From: Isurus oxyrinchus
Lineage: Eukaryota
Direction: 5' to 3'
Assembly (NCBI GenBank): GCA_026770705.1
Contig: JANJGN010000152.1
Coordinates: 930,001 to 994,000, forward strand
DNA: 64,000 nt
This document shows, piece after piece, positions 47,972-60,734 of this stretch. Below the pieces are notes generated by a model. The model worked only from the letters and a program-made list of their open reading frames with translations. It did not search any database and had not been told where the DNA came from. The translations under genes were made by a program, and so were the position numbers. Position 1 is the first letter of the stretch; every line of letters starts with the position of its first letter.

Positions 47972-48492
47972 CTACACAGATTGGATTCTAATGTTTTTGC
48001 TGCTGTTAATCTTATCCAGGATTGAACCATGTTCATTGTGACAGCTGGGGTTTGTCTCTGCTGATGTTAATAATCCCTGTAACTGGGCTGGAGTCTAATA
48101 TGCTGAATCTATAGCTGATTGTGTTCTCGGGGCGGCAGTGTCCCTTTAAGAACTGCTGTCTGATCTTTCCCCACAACTCTGTGACACTCATCAGAAATTA
48201 GTTTACAACAAGAGCATGAACTTTTTCTTCAATCCTAAATTGATCTTTGGTACGAACTCTACAATTCAGTGTCTGAAAGGTTCCACTGATTAACATCTCC
48301 ATTTAGAAAGTGCTGATTAATCCCTGCTGACAATTCTTACTGACTTGCACATTACACACAGTGACACCTCCATTATCCACCAGAAAGAAGGGGATTGGGA
48401 TTTGGAGAATTGAGAGTACCCAGATGTTACCCCTCCTGTCTGGTACAGAAATCCCCTTGGCATGGAAATGGGGCCAAGTCCAATCCAAGTAA

Positions 48493-50566
48493 TGGACTAA
48501 GAAATCGCCATCTAATAATCTTACGAAATCTTCAGAAATTTATGGAATATTATCGAAATTGTTCACTCACTCTCTCTTATGAAGGAAGCTTCCATAGCAG
48601 CTTACTGGATGACAAACACAGGACAGGCCTGTTATCTCTGCCAAGGAGGCCTCAAGCACATTTCCTAAAACAAGACATTTCTAACCCTGATACGATTGAA
48701 TCTCATGACCCATATTTAAACCAACTGTCTGTCTGAAGGTTAAAAAAGGCTCTCGAAAGCAAAAAGATTTCAAAGTGAATCGCAATGGCTTCAGCCCAGC
48801 ACCCGCACTCTGGTTCACACCAGTAAACCATTCAGAGGAGATTGCAGCCACCAGCTACAGAGACCAGCACTCATTCTGCATCATCCGTCCGTTTGTCCTC
48901 CGGGACTGGTCAACCAGTCTGACCTGTCACGGGTCATCTGTTTTCCTGTCTATTTAGCTCATTGATCATATTTAAACTGTTTCTTCTCAATAAACTACTT
49001 TCAAATCACTTCTGAGCTCAACCCCCTTTTACGGGTAATCTGTGACTCCCAGACCTAAATCTTACAAGGAGTGTTAGGAGCAGGATCACAGTGTTCGAGG
49101 TCCTAGGCTTGAGAAGTAACAGTCTTAGTTAAATGTGAATGGGGAAGTTCCTAAGTGAAGGCAGGAGTATGTAATGACATTAACATATTACAGGGAACGA
49201 TGGACAGATAGACTGACAGAGAACATGGGCACGCCAGGGGTGAGAGATATCCTGGGGATTGTAGAAGGATATGATGAGAATTACAAACATATCTTGATAG
49301 ACTTTCTAAAGAGGTTCAAAAAGGCCAAATTGAATTGAAGAAAGTCCAGAATCAGTTGGAAAATATCCACCAGGTGGATGCAGGTGAAGAAAGAGCTGGA
49401 AAATCTTTAAATTCCGTGCATGAACTTTTGTTTGAACCATATGTATTTTCGACATGCCAATAATTTAGAATTATGTGAGATTTTCTGCAGGTGGGGAAGA
49501 TGAATCGAAATTGATAGCTATCATATTTACTGGATATAGTTTTTACATTTATTCTTGTTGGCAGCACAAGGGTTTGTGTTGCTGATTCTGATAATTCTAG
49601 TAGTTTTAGTATGTTATTGATGGTATGTAATCACGAAATTATGAAAACAAGCTCTTAGCTTAGAAGTAGCTTGGTTAGCCAGGATATTTCCTTCTCAAGG
49701 TGGGGAGATGTGGAAGAAATCATTGTCCAATAACCATGTAATTTTTAAAGAAATTTACTGATTGTAGGAATAGCTCTCTCTCTCTCTCTCACTTATGAAG
49801 AAAGTTTCCTGGGTTGACAAACACAGGACAGTGAGGCCTGTTATCTCTGCCAAGGACATGTCTCCAGCACAGACCCTGAAACAAGACAAACTTGATCGGG
49901 TCAGTGGAGGGTGGGGGCTGGGTGATTTCATGACCCATGTGTAAACCCACTGTCTAAGTAAAGGTTAACAGGATGCCCTAGAAAGTGATGAGCCACTAAA
50001 TGACTTCAAGGATTTCCAATGGAAATAGGAGGGATTAACTTGAAAATCTATCCCTTGATAATTGAATAAGTGATTGACAAAAGACCCCCAGAAATAATAT
50101 ATATAAACAGCCTTTCAAGAGGGAAATTACTTCAGAGAAGAAAGAACTTCTCAGTGATCCATGTTGGCTTCGGCTGAACACTTTGGCTCAAAGAAACCAA
50201 GAAAGGAAGAGACTGTCACCTCCAGCCATGGAGATCAGCATCCCACTGATCCAGGAGCAGTAAACCATTCTGAGGAGACTGTCACCTCCAGCCACGGAGA
50301 TCAGCATCCCCCTGATCCAGGAGCAGTAAACCATTCTGAGGAGACTGTCACCTCCAGCCCCGGAGATCAGCATTCCCCCCTTGCTCATCCACATCCATTT
50401 GTCCAATCAGAGACCAGTAAATCGTTCTCACCTGTTATGGGTCGTATGTTTTTTCTGCCTATTTAACTAATGTGTCATATCTAAATATATCTAAAATGCT
50501 TTAAAATCACCTACGACCTCGACCTCCATTTTGGGTAATCTGTGACTACTGGACTAAAATCTTACA
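48493..50566 (+). mobile_element. LTR retroelement remnant: two related LTRs flanking an env-like C-terminus and PPT
   Basis: Both LTRs end gggtaatctgtgact...aatcttaCA (49066 and 50566). PPT aaggtggggaga at 49697-49708 precedes TG at 49709. Hydrophobic GFVLLILIILVVLVCY near 49570-49617. Confidence 0.65.
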
Positions 50567-50624
50567 CTTGTCCATGAGAGTAACTGAAGGTACAAGAACT
50601 GAAATAATCTAGAGTAATGATAAA

Positions 50625-51075
50625 GTGTTAGTTGTGGTTCAGTGTTTGTATTCTTATCTCTCAGTTGGGAGGCTGTGGGTTCAAATCCACATCCAGAAAC
50701 ATGTGTATAAAATCCAGGTTGATATTTTGATGCAGTACTGAGGGAGCACGGCACTGCCAGAGCCCCGTCTTCCAGATGAGACCTTCAACTATGGTCCCAC
50801 CTGTCCTCTCAGTTGGTGTAAAATTTCCCAGGATGTTATTCCAAAGAGCAGGGGATTTCTCCCTGCTGTACTGCTTCATTTTTATCCTCAGCAAACATAA
50901 CTGAACAGATTATCTGGTCACAATCACATTTCTATTTGTGGGATCTTGCTGTGCACAATTTGGTGACAGCATTTCGTACATTACAATAGTGACTACACTT
51001 CAAAAGAACTTCATTGGCGGTAAAGCACTTAGGGATGTCCTGAAGTTATGAAAGGTGCTACATAAATACAAGTCT
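50625..51075 (+). mobile_element. Deu-domain-like tRNA SINE with L2-type tail
   Basis: B box gggttcaaatcc; central gatgagacc..aagagcagggg..ctccc motif recalled from DeuSINEs; tail gtaaagcactt...gtgctacataaatacaag. Confidence 0.6.
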
Positions 51076-51329
51076 CCATTAACAAAGGAGAAAAGGCCCA
51101 AAAATACAACAGTCGGCAACAGGACATCAATCAGTCTCCTCTGATCTTAGAGAAATCAAGGACTTGAATACTCTGTGTTTGACACAAAGCTGATTTATTT
51201 AACCTATACCAAGAATATTAAACTCCAGTCCAGTTACAGGGATTACTAACAAACTCCAACTTTCAAAATAAAATCCTTCAGTTCTGGATGTGATTCACAG
51301 CAGGAATAACAGCAGAATGCAAGCCCTGC

Positions 51330-52495
51330 AACTTGTGAACTCGCTGGTGTGTCTGCAGGGTGGATGAACAAGAGAATCCCTTCCCACAGACGGGGCAGGT
51401 GAATGATCTCTCCCTGGTGTGAATGTGCTGGTGTTTCAGACTGAGGGAATGCTGAATGAATCCCTTCCCACACACAAAGCAGGTGAATGGCTTCTCTCCA
51501 GTGTGACTGCGCTGGTGAGTCAGCAGGTCCATTTTGCCTTTAAAGCTCTTATCACAGTTGGAATATTTAAAAGGTCTCATGTCAGAGTGAATACGTTGGT
51601 GTGAAGTGAGGTGGGGAAGCTGAGTGACTCCCTTTCCACACAGTGCACACGAATGGTCTCACCCCACTGTGAATGTGCTGGTGTCTAGGCAAGGTGAATA
51701 ACTGAGCGAACCCCTTCTCACACACAGAGCAGGTGAACGGCCTCTCCCCAGTGTGAACTCTCTGATGATCCAACAGTTTTCATAACTGAGTGAATGCCAT
51801 CCCACAAGAGGGGCAGGCGAATGGTTTCTCCCCAGTATGAACTCGCTGGTGTAACTGAAGTCTGGATAACTGAGTGAATCCCTTCCCACACATAGCACAA
51901 GTATACGGCCTCTCTCCAGTGTGAACTCGCTGGTGAGTCAACAGGTTTTGTTTTCTTTTAAAGCTCTTCTCAAAGTTAGAACATTTAAAAGGTCTTGTAT
52001 CAGAGTGAACAACTTGGTGTGCAGTGAGGTGGATTAGTCGAGTGAATCCTTTCTCACACTCAGAACAGATGAACGGCCTCTCCCCGGTGCGACTGCATCA
52101 ATGAATTTCCAATGCAGATAGTTTTGTGGATCCCTTCCCACAGTCTGAACATTTCCATAGTTTGTCTGTGATGTCAATGTCCTTGTGTCTCGCCATGTTG
52201 GATGATTAGTTGAAGACTCGTTCACACAGAATACATGTATGGTTTCTCCCCACTGTGAATGGTGCAATGTATTTTCAGGCCGTGTAACTGGTTAAAGCTC
52301 TTTCAACAGTCAGGGCAATGGAACACTCTCACTTGGTTGTGTGTGTTTTGGTGTTTTCCCAGTCCCAGGCAGAACATCCAAAAAATTCTCCTTCCACATT
52401 CAAAAGCCAATGAAATTCAGGTCCTGAAGAATCGAGTGACTTTGTCAGATCTGAAGAAGTATCTCGAAATTATCTCCTTCCAATCCCTGGAAAAG
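51330..52495 (-). pseudogene. C2H2 ZNF pseudogene (type B)
   Basis: About 10 fingers split across frames (ORFs 51278, 51582 and others); family ATG lost. Confidence 0.85.
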
Positions 52496-52739
52496 GATTT
52501 GACAGTGTCAGTATCACTATCAGCCCAGGACAGAAATTCAGAATAGGCAATTCTAGTTCCTACAGAAAATTCTTTCTTCTCTTGTTTCTACAAAGATGTG
52601 GTTCAATCAAGGTAAAAGAAGCGACTATACCGGGGCTGCAAAATCTCACACTGAATGTCTGCATGGCCCATTGACTCCTCGAGGCTGCAAACATCACCTG
52701 GGCTCCATTAAGTTCATCGGACACTAGGACCCGGTTGGG

Positions 52740-53010
52740 AACAGAGGCCGTGAAAGTCCGCCCATTCGGTTACGTCACCAATACGCAAGCGCTCTGCTCC
52801 CTGCGGAACCAACAGGCCTGTTTCGTGGGAAGAGACCCGAAGCTGCAGATGGGGGAGCTACAGGTTCGTATTCGGGGCTTGAGACATTCCCCAGGTGTTT
52901 AGAAACCCTCCCCGTCGATTCCGCATCCATTTTGGGGATACGGCAGACAAGCGGCTCTCCAGATTCATCAATGCGCATGCTCCAAATAATGGGCAGAAAC
53001 GCGCATGTGT
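52740..53010 (-). promoter_or_regulatory. CpG-rich ZNF promoter remnant
   Basis: ccgccc, ttacgtca, ccaat and tgcgcatgc at 52972; 52865-52985 is homologous to 61072-61205. Confidence 0.6.
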
Positions 53011-54029
53011 ACTGTTCTCCTGTAGTGGGGATAGGGGACATTCAACATTGAGAGGGATGCTGGGTAACGTCCCCGCCATGGAAAGTCCTAACCAGTGTGT
53101 GTAAAGATTTATTTTGGTATGACGTGCATTTTGGGGCGCGGTGGTGTGGAAATCAATTAAATTTGGAACCAAGTTATACAGAAACCCGAGTAAAACTCTC
53201 CTTCCATCTTCTGTGCATAAGCCAGCAGTTTTCCATCCATGGGTCTTTTAATGCTCCAGGGTCAGGGAATCCAGCCAGAACTAGTTTGTGTACAAGATGA
53301 TTGCGTGGATCCTGAGCTGTGGAGAGATTTCCATAAAACAATGGTAATTTTAAAGGCTGAAGGCATCAAAATTTTTACTCCATTCTGAAAACCAAGAATG
53401 TTACTTTAACCACTGAAAGAGTGAAAAAGTGAAACGTATTGGAAATAGGTTCAAAATGACAGGGATATCAATCTCTATATTTTAACAGATATTGGCATGG
53501 AAAGAGGGAAATTAATGACCTTTAGAGACTTGTGAATCAATCACCACTGGCCAATACACTGTTACACTGTCAGTTCAGGGGATCAGAGGGAAAAAGAAAT
53601 TGCGGCTGTGAATCTAATTTGGGAAATACAGTTAAATAAACAAGATTCAATTGATAAACTAAAGTATTGAAATTCAAATAACAATAATTGTTTCCAGTTA
53701 ATATATTCATTTTGCCCAGCACTGGTGGGGAGTAGGTGTGGGAAATGTTCACTGTTTTATACTATTCTATTTTTCTATGATTATGATGCATGACCTTCCT
53801 CTCCATTCTGTTACATATATTCTACCCAGAATGCTCCATGTGGGTGAATATGGCCAATCTCCATCAGAAGGGCCGTAATGTACAGTTGCGGGAAGGTCCT
53901 GCCTCTCCCGGAAGGAAGGGATCTGCTGGACGTAGCCTCTCCCACCTTAGAAATATCTGGAGCTTCTTCGTATTGCAACATCCCAGCCAATCCGTAGTTG
54001 TGAGATTGCAGGAGAGTAATGTCTTTACT

Positions 54030-54315
54030 CAGGCTGGGAGAGTTTGATGGGACAGAGTCGAGGGAGTTTAACTCTCTATCAAAACCATTCTGTACCTGCT
54101 CTGGGGCACTGTTTGATGTGGCACGTTGCGGGAGTTCTCTGTATCTAGCCTGGGCTGTGTACTCGCCCTGGATATGTTTGATGAGATGATTTGGAATGAG
54201 CTTTGTTCAGCCTCTAATTCTAACATGTGTTGTACCTACCTTGGGAATATTTGATGGGAAACTGTAGCAGGACCTTTACTCTGTTTCTAATACATGTTGT
54301 ACCTGCCCTGAGTGA
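54030..54315. repeat. Degenerate ~66 bp tandem repeat
   Basis: Motif ctggg..gtttgatggga..gt.gaggga..ttactct..atcta..c.tg.tgtacct repeats about 4 times; single RC copies near 1575 and 5655. Confidence 0.7.
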
Positions 54316-57300
54316 ATTCCACATGGGAATAGGTATTGAGATAATGTCATTCCTCTTCTCACAATTTGTGACAGAAAATCTCATCTTTTCTGAGAGACCT
54401 AATAATGTCTTTGTATGAGCTCATCTCCTGACCCTCTGGCCCAGTGTCAAGAACATGCATTATCTGTCCTTCAGATCATTGATCTATTCATGTCCAATCT
54501 TATCCTCAATAGGACCTCCTCAAACATGCTCCGATTGTAGTTTCTTAGTCTTAATGTGTGTAAGTGTTTTTACTATTGGGATATGTTTAATAAAGTTATT
54601 AGAATTATTCAGATCTTCCTCGCCTGGCTTCCCTCTGTCTACATTCCCCAGCTCGAGGCTCAAGAATGTTCTTCCTTTTGTAGCTTCAAAGCTTTTCTCT
54701 TGGTCAGTGCAAACATTTCCATTATATCCTTTCTCCTTGTTACCTGTCTTTGAATTCTCTTCATCAACCAGGCCATGAACATTAGAGGAATTAGCACCAT
54801 CAGTAATATCAAGAGGAAATTAGAGGCAGTTATTATACAAGGATGTTGTTCTGTATTTCACACTATCCGCCACGGGGGCTGATCACCCAATGTAACAATG
54901 GACCACACAATATTAACAGTAAGAGGTGGAATTCAATGTGTTTATTTCTATCCTGATTGTTTTAAAGTCTGTTTCTCCATGGAGTATGTGTAATGCATTG
55001 ATGATATAAAAAGTCTCATCCTACTAACCACATTAATCACTTTATGTTGTTGTGTTGTTGAGTTCCCGAGCATGCCTGGGATTCATTCCTCAGAGCAGGT
55101 TCACCATGCATTTCCACATGTTAGTTACTTCACATGTAACCAATCACATCTACGCACTCACACCAGTATCCCAACATCATGCTACACATGCCGTCTGATA
55201 CAAACCATTCATGTCTTTCAGGTAATCTTACCAAAATATCAGGAGGGTGTCTGATGATCTTGACTTATCTCCCCACTGCATGGTGCAATGCCTCAGATAC
55301 TGACCAGACAATTATATGCAGTTACCTTGAAAAATTCAGAGGCAAGGAAACTAAAATCTCCAAGAAAAGGCTTTCAATTTATTAGTCTCATCTACACTTT
55401 CCTTTCTTCCAATTAAGTGTACAAGGAAACAAAATTGAGCTATTTTATTGACCTATACCCAGGATGAGTTCTTCCAATTTCCATTTGTTGGTATGATTTT
55501 CTCTATCTTTTACTCTAAGTGGGCCATCCCATTAATTACCATTCTATCTCATTTATGAGCTCTGGAGGAACTTTACTGTCCAACTCAATATTCACGTAAT
55601 ATGGTGTTTTTACATGAGAGATAGAAATACTTACAATTCAGTTTAGACCTAACTGCCATTTCTCCCATTATCAAGCACTTTGTCTTAAAAGGTAACAAAT
55701 GGGACAAAGCCAAACCTTTAAAAGGCAAAGTCTTTAGTTCAAATTGTCACAGTGGAAAGGGTTAACTATTCTGCTTGTTTGCAGAAAGGTTGGAGCAAAC
55801 GTTCTCAAATGTGCACAATTGTATCAACTTTACATAACTTTTCTTTTCAGAGCAAAGATGAACCAAACACGATTTTTGTTTCTCCAATGCTTTTGGTATT
55901 TCTCATAGCTCTTTTGTTCTCTTTTCAGGTTACTATTACGATCCCAGCTGACATTCATACTGGACAATAAGATCCTGGAGTGAATCCTGGTTTGACAGAT
56001 CCTAATTTTCTTTGAAGAAACAGTGGAGGAAAATTCATCAACAGGAGTTTGTTGTCGAATTTCTAATGCAAGGAAAAAATTATTTATTAAACAGGAAAAA
56101 ATGAACTATATTATGCCAGATAAAAAATGGGAAAGATCTCAATACCAACACAAGAAGACACTTCAGACACACACTCTTCCTTTACCCCAGCAATATCTTT
56201 ACAGTGAAGAGTTACCACTAGATTGACACAAAAGCTTCTCGCTTCGGACTGGCACAGTTGCAAACAATTTTCTTCTGGTGAAATCCTGAGGATTCACTTG
56301 ATGCTTATCACCCAACTTGTATCTCTCCCTGAAACACTAAAAAAAACTCTGAACTCTTTGCTTCTTCAACTGCAAAGTGAAAAAATGAGTTCCCTAAACT
56401 CTATCTTCCAGCAGCACCTCTGCTAAACTGATCAATTTACTGAGTTCTATTAGCTGATTATTCAGTTAACTACTGTCCCCAAGAGCCTCATAATTTTTCT
56501 TATCAGAGAGCTTAAAATTCCTGTCCTCTCTCTGACACACTCTGAACTCAATGACAGATGCAACCAAAGCAGATTCCATGGATTTCTCAACAACCCACCC
56601 AGACGTTTGTCATATTGTGAGCCAATCAATCCCACAGAAACTTTGTCTTTCTCATGAGGGTTTCCGATCTCTCCATCTGAGGATCTCACCTTGGAATTCT
56701 TTCCAAAAGTCATTCCAACTCGGGCAGTTTCAACAATGGCCCACCTCACAGGGTTTCAATCTCCTGAGATTCCTTTCCCCTGGATTCTCAAGCACACTCA
56801 AGCATCACATTCCAAGCACAATTTCAGATCTTTGGCTGTGCCAAGCAGAACACCACTGCTTCAAAGAGGTACCCAACAGCCCACAGCATGGAGTCACCGA
56901 CCTTCAGCTGCCTTCTCGGATCTTCAGGGCTTCTCTCAAGCTCACTTCACTATAAGTCTGTTCACTGCAGCTCCTTCTTTAACTCTGACCCTATTTCTCT
57001 GCTCCTTTCCTTTACCTCATTCAAGGGGACCTATTCCTGTCCTCTCTCTTTATTCCTTGCCTGGAACTACCTTTTGGGACCTCTCCCTGGTTTGGGAGCT
57101 TCTCCCTGTCCTTGTCCCAAGTCCTGCTTCCTGCTCCCTGGAACACCTCCAAGATAATGGTTCTCCGTTTCAGGTCATCTGACTTGCATTTCCAAACTGA
57201 ACTAACAGAGATGAGTTGAGGTTTCACACACGCCTTTCAAAATAAGTCTAATATAACTGAAGAAAAATTAAACTAAATAAGTTAGCATTGAAGTTTCAAC

Positions 57301-57489
57301 CTTCTTAGACCAAAAAGAGTCAAAGAGGGTGGAGCTTCCCACGGCTTATCAACTCCAGCTCATAACTTCGAGGCTGAAGCTTATCTTTAGGGAATCCAAC
57401 TTTTCAGTGCCTTTGATAATTCTACAAGCAAATTGTGATTAATGCTAAAAAGTTTAATTTCATCAGTAATTGTAACGTTTCACTTTTCT

Positions 57490-58410
57490 CAGCACAGAAG
57501 CTGGCAGCATTTTAAATCCCAATTGTACGCTTCTCTTGTAGCTGGTGTATGGATAAGATCATGTCCACTGTAGATCCGCCAGCACAGAAACTGCACTGTG
57601 TTTCTGGGTACACTCAGTCTGCAAAAAGTTAAATTGTTTAAGCATGACCACAGTGAACGTCTTCCCTGTGATGCTAAGGAATGAGATACCCCTGTAGTTG
57701 CTGCAATCTCCTCTGTCACCATTGTTTTTGTATATTGTGATGAGTTTTGCATCATGCATATCTTGCGGAACAGATCCTACTTTTCAGAGAAGGAGGTGGT
57801 CACAATATCTGGGACTTCCTGTGCCTGAGCAGTTTGGTTAGATCTCTTTCTTTGCTGGGTGATTTACTGCTTGCTAAGCTAGAATTGACCTTTTCAAACT
57901 CAAATGATGCGGGTTCCTCATCCAACTCAACCATGATGGGAAGCTGCAGGAGAGTCAAACGGAGACTGAGAGATGTACGTCTCACAGGAGCACAGCTCAC
58001 AGTAATGTTCAACCCACTGCGACATCTGTTTACTTCTGTGAGTGAGTACGTCACCATCCGTGATTTCAGGGGTCAACTTTGGTGATGGTTGGACCAAGCA
58101 CCTTCTTGATCCCATCATACATAGCACATTCCACTGGTCACAGGCAGTTTGGATTTCTTAATATAGGCTGATCCACTATTTATTTGCACAGGATCTCCCT
58201 GTCTTTTACATGACTGTCTTGACTACTTTCAAGTTATGCAGTGTTCTAGCTGTTGGGTTTATGTTGTGCATCAGGTTGGCTTTGCTTTTTGCTTCAATGA
58301 CAGATGTCATCTCTGCTGAATAGGTCTCAAACCAGCCTTTGTTGTGGGTTCCACCTTTACCAAATGTTGCTGCTGCTGTGTCAGAAATGATTGAACCAGT
58401 GACTTCCAAA
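57490..58410 (-). mobile_element. RTE-clade LINE fragment
   Basis: DAKLITIYKNNGDRGDCSNYRGISFLSITGK, WVEHYCEL and KGWFE. Confidence 0.8.
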
Positions 58411-58884
58411 CTTCATCAATATCAATGTTGATTGATGAAGCTTTTATTGATGTGCCTGTAAAATATTTACAGCATTGTTTAATGTTCCTTATTAATTTAA
58501 TCTCATGATGAAGGTGTCACTGAAGAATGTGCAAGTCAGTAAGAATTGTTAGCAAGGATTAATCAGCACTTTATAACCAGAGATGTAAAAAGTAGAACTT
58601 TTCTGACACCGAGTTATGGATTTCGCATCAAATATCAATTTAGGATTGAAGTAACAGTTCATAATGTTATTGTAAACTTGTAATTGAGAAGAGTTCTTGT
58701 ATTAAGGGGAAAGATCACAAATGGTGCTTTCAAAAGGGACATTGCAACCCCGAAAATCAGTGACATCTCCAGAATATTAAACTCCAGCTAGTTATAAGGT
58801 TGTGAATATCAGCAAAAACAAACCTAATATTATCGATCCTGGGTGTGATTGACAGCAGCAACAACAGCAGAGTCCAACCATTGT

Positions 58885-59830
58885 AATCACTTGTGACTCG
58901 CTGTTGTCTCAGCAGGTGTTGTGACTGAGTGAATCCCGCCCCACACAAGAAACAGGTGAATGGTCTGTCCCCAGTGTGATGTGTCAGCAGTTGGGATGAG
59001 CAAGGGAATCCCTTCCCACACACGGAGCAGGTGAACGGCTTCTCCCCAGTGTTCATTGGTGTTCGTTGAGGTCGGTTGATTGCCTGAAACTCTTTCCACA
59101 GGAAGTACAGCTGAATGGATTCTCCTTCGTTTGATGGTGTGACTGAAGGGAGAATACCTGAGTGAATCCCTTTCTACACACGAAGCAAGTGAATGGTCTT
59201 CCACCCGTGTGAATCCGTTGGTGTTCAGTGAGGATGGATGAAGACTCGAACCTGTGTTCTCAGGTTGTGCAGCTGAATGGCTTCTTCTCAATGTGAACTC
59301 GCTGGTGTGACTGAAGGCTGGATGACCGAGTGAATCCCTTCCCACACACAGAATAGTTGAAAAGATTCTCCCATGTGTGAATGTGCTGATGGATTTCCAG
59401 CCGAAATGAAGAATGGAATCCTTTACCACAGTCCTCACATTTCCATGGTTTCTCCATAGTGCTGCTGTCTTTGTATCTCTTAAGGTTTGACGATCAGTTG
59501 AAGCCTTGTCCAGACACACAGAACACATGTACAGTTTATCCCCACTATGAATGGTGTGAAGTTTTTTCAGGCTGTGTAACTGGTTAAAGCACTTTCCACA
59601 GTCAGTTTACTGGAACACTCTCATTCAGGTGAATGTGTATCTTGATGATTTTCCAGTCACACTGATGTTTGAAACATTTCCCCACAGACTGAACAGGCAA
59701 ACATTTCTCCATCCATATTGACAGGCTGATGATCTTCAGCTCCTGATGAATCGAGTGACTCTGTCAGTTTATGCTGTGATGTTCGGTTTGAGCCTCCTGT
59801 CTGTAAATCCACCCGTTCTAATATCCTAGA
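58885..59830 (-). pseudogene. C2H2 ZNF pseudogene (type B)
   Basis: MEKPWKCEDC at 59457, premature stop at 59260 and further broken fingers. Confidence 0.85.
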
Positions 59831-60734
59831 AAAGGAACTACAAACTCATCACTGTAAATACAGAACAGACAAGTCTTGTTTCTATGGAACATGTTTTCCT
59901 CTCTTGTTCCTGCAAATCCTCATCCCACACACTCACCCTCCTACCGTGCTGAAATCCAAATCCCAGAATGACCAACCGTACAGTATTTTACAGAATTGTC
60001 CCATATTTGAGAGTCAGTTATTCTGGTCTTCCTGGTGCCGGAACACTGTTTGTTCTTAAATTGGACCGGTCAATGGGACTAGCAGAATAATATTTTGGCA
60101 CAGACTAGAAGGGCCGAATGGCCTGTTTTTCTGTGCTATAGTGTTCTATGGTTCTGGTCGCTCCCCATACAGAACCCTGTCCCCCACTGTTTCTGTACTC
60201 CAACAGCTCTGGCAGCCAATTCACCACATCACCCCCAGCCTCAGGCAGCACCCCACCCAACAAATCCCCACCCACTCGTATGGACTCCCATGGCAGGCTG
60301 TCCCTCAATTTTCTCCATGTGATATGGTCATCCTGCCAAACCCCTCATACCATCTCCACCATTCCTTTCCTCACTCCCATTTTTATCCCTCCCGGTACTC
60401 TGGCTGGGTTCTGTTCTCAAATCCCTGTGTGGAGAGTGAGAATATAATCAATGAATCAATCACTTTCTCTCCTGGTCACTGGGACCCTGAAGCCCCGCCC
60501 ACTCACTGTTGCTTCACCAAGAAAGTAAAAGTCCCGGAGCTACAAACATGGGACCTGCAGGTTCTTATTGGGGGTTTGGGGCCTCCAGCGGATGTTTCTG
60601 AATCCTCCCCGCCCACCTCCCAGGGTTTCTTTCCCTCATCAGATCAGATTCTTCATTAAATAAGAGGTTACACTTTGGGCTCAAATCATTGTCCCCCCTC
60701 CCCCATCCTCTGATGTGAACCATCCTCCACTCGC

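Noticed and set aside
50161-50466. 101-aa ORF with EETVTSSHGDQH repeats
   Set aside because: Arises from 63 bp repeats inside an LTR.
59485-59500. Second recurring stop in a leader finger (FN*SS)
   Set aside because: Paralogs show CGA, CAA, TGA, TAA, CTA and TGG at this codon, consistent with CpG decay.
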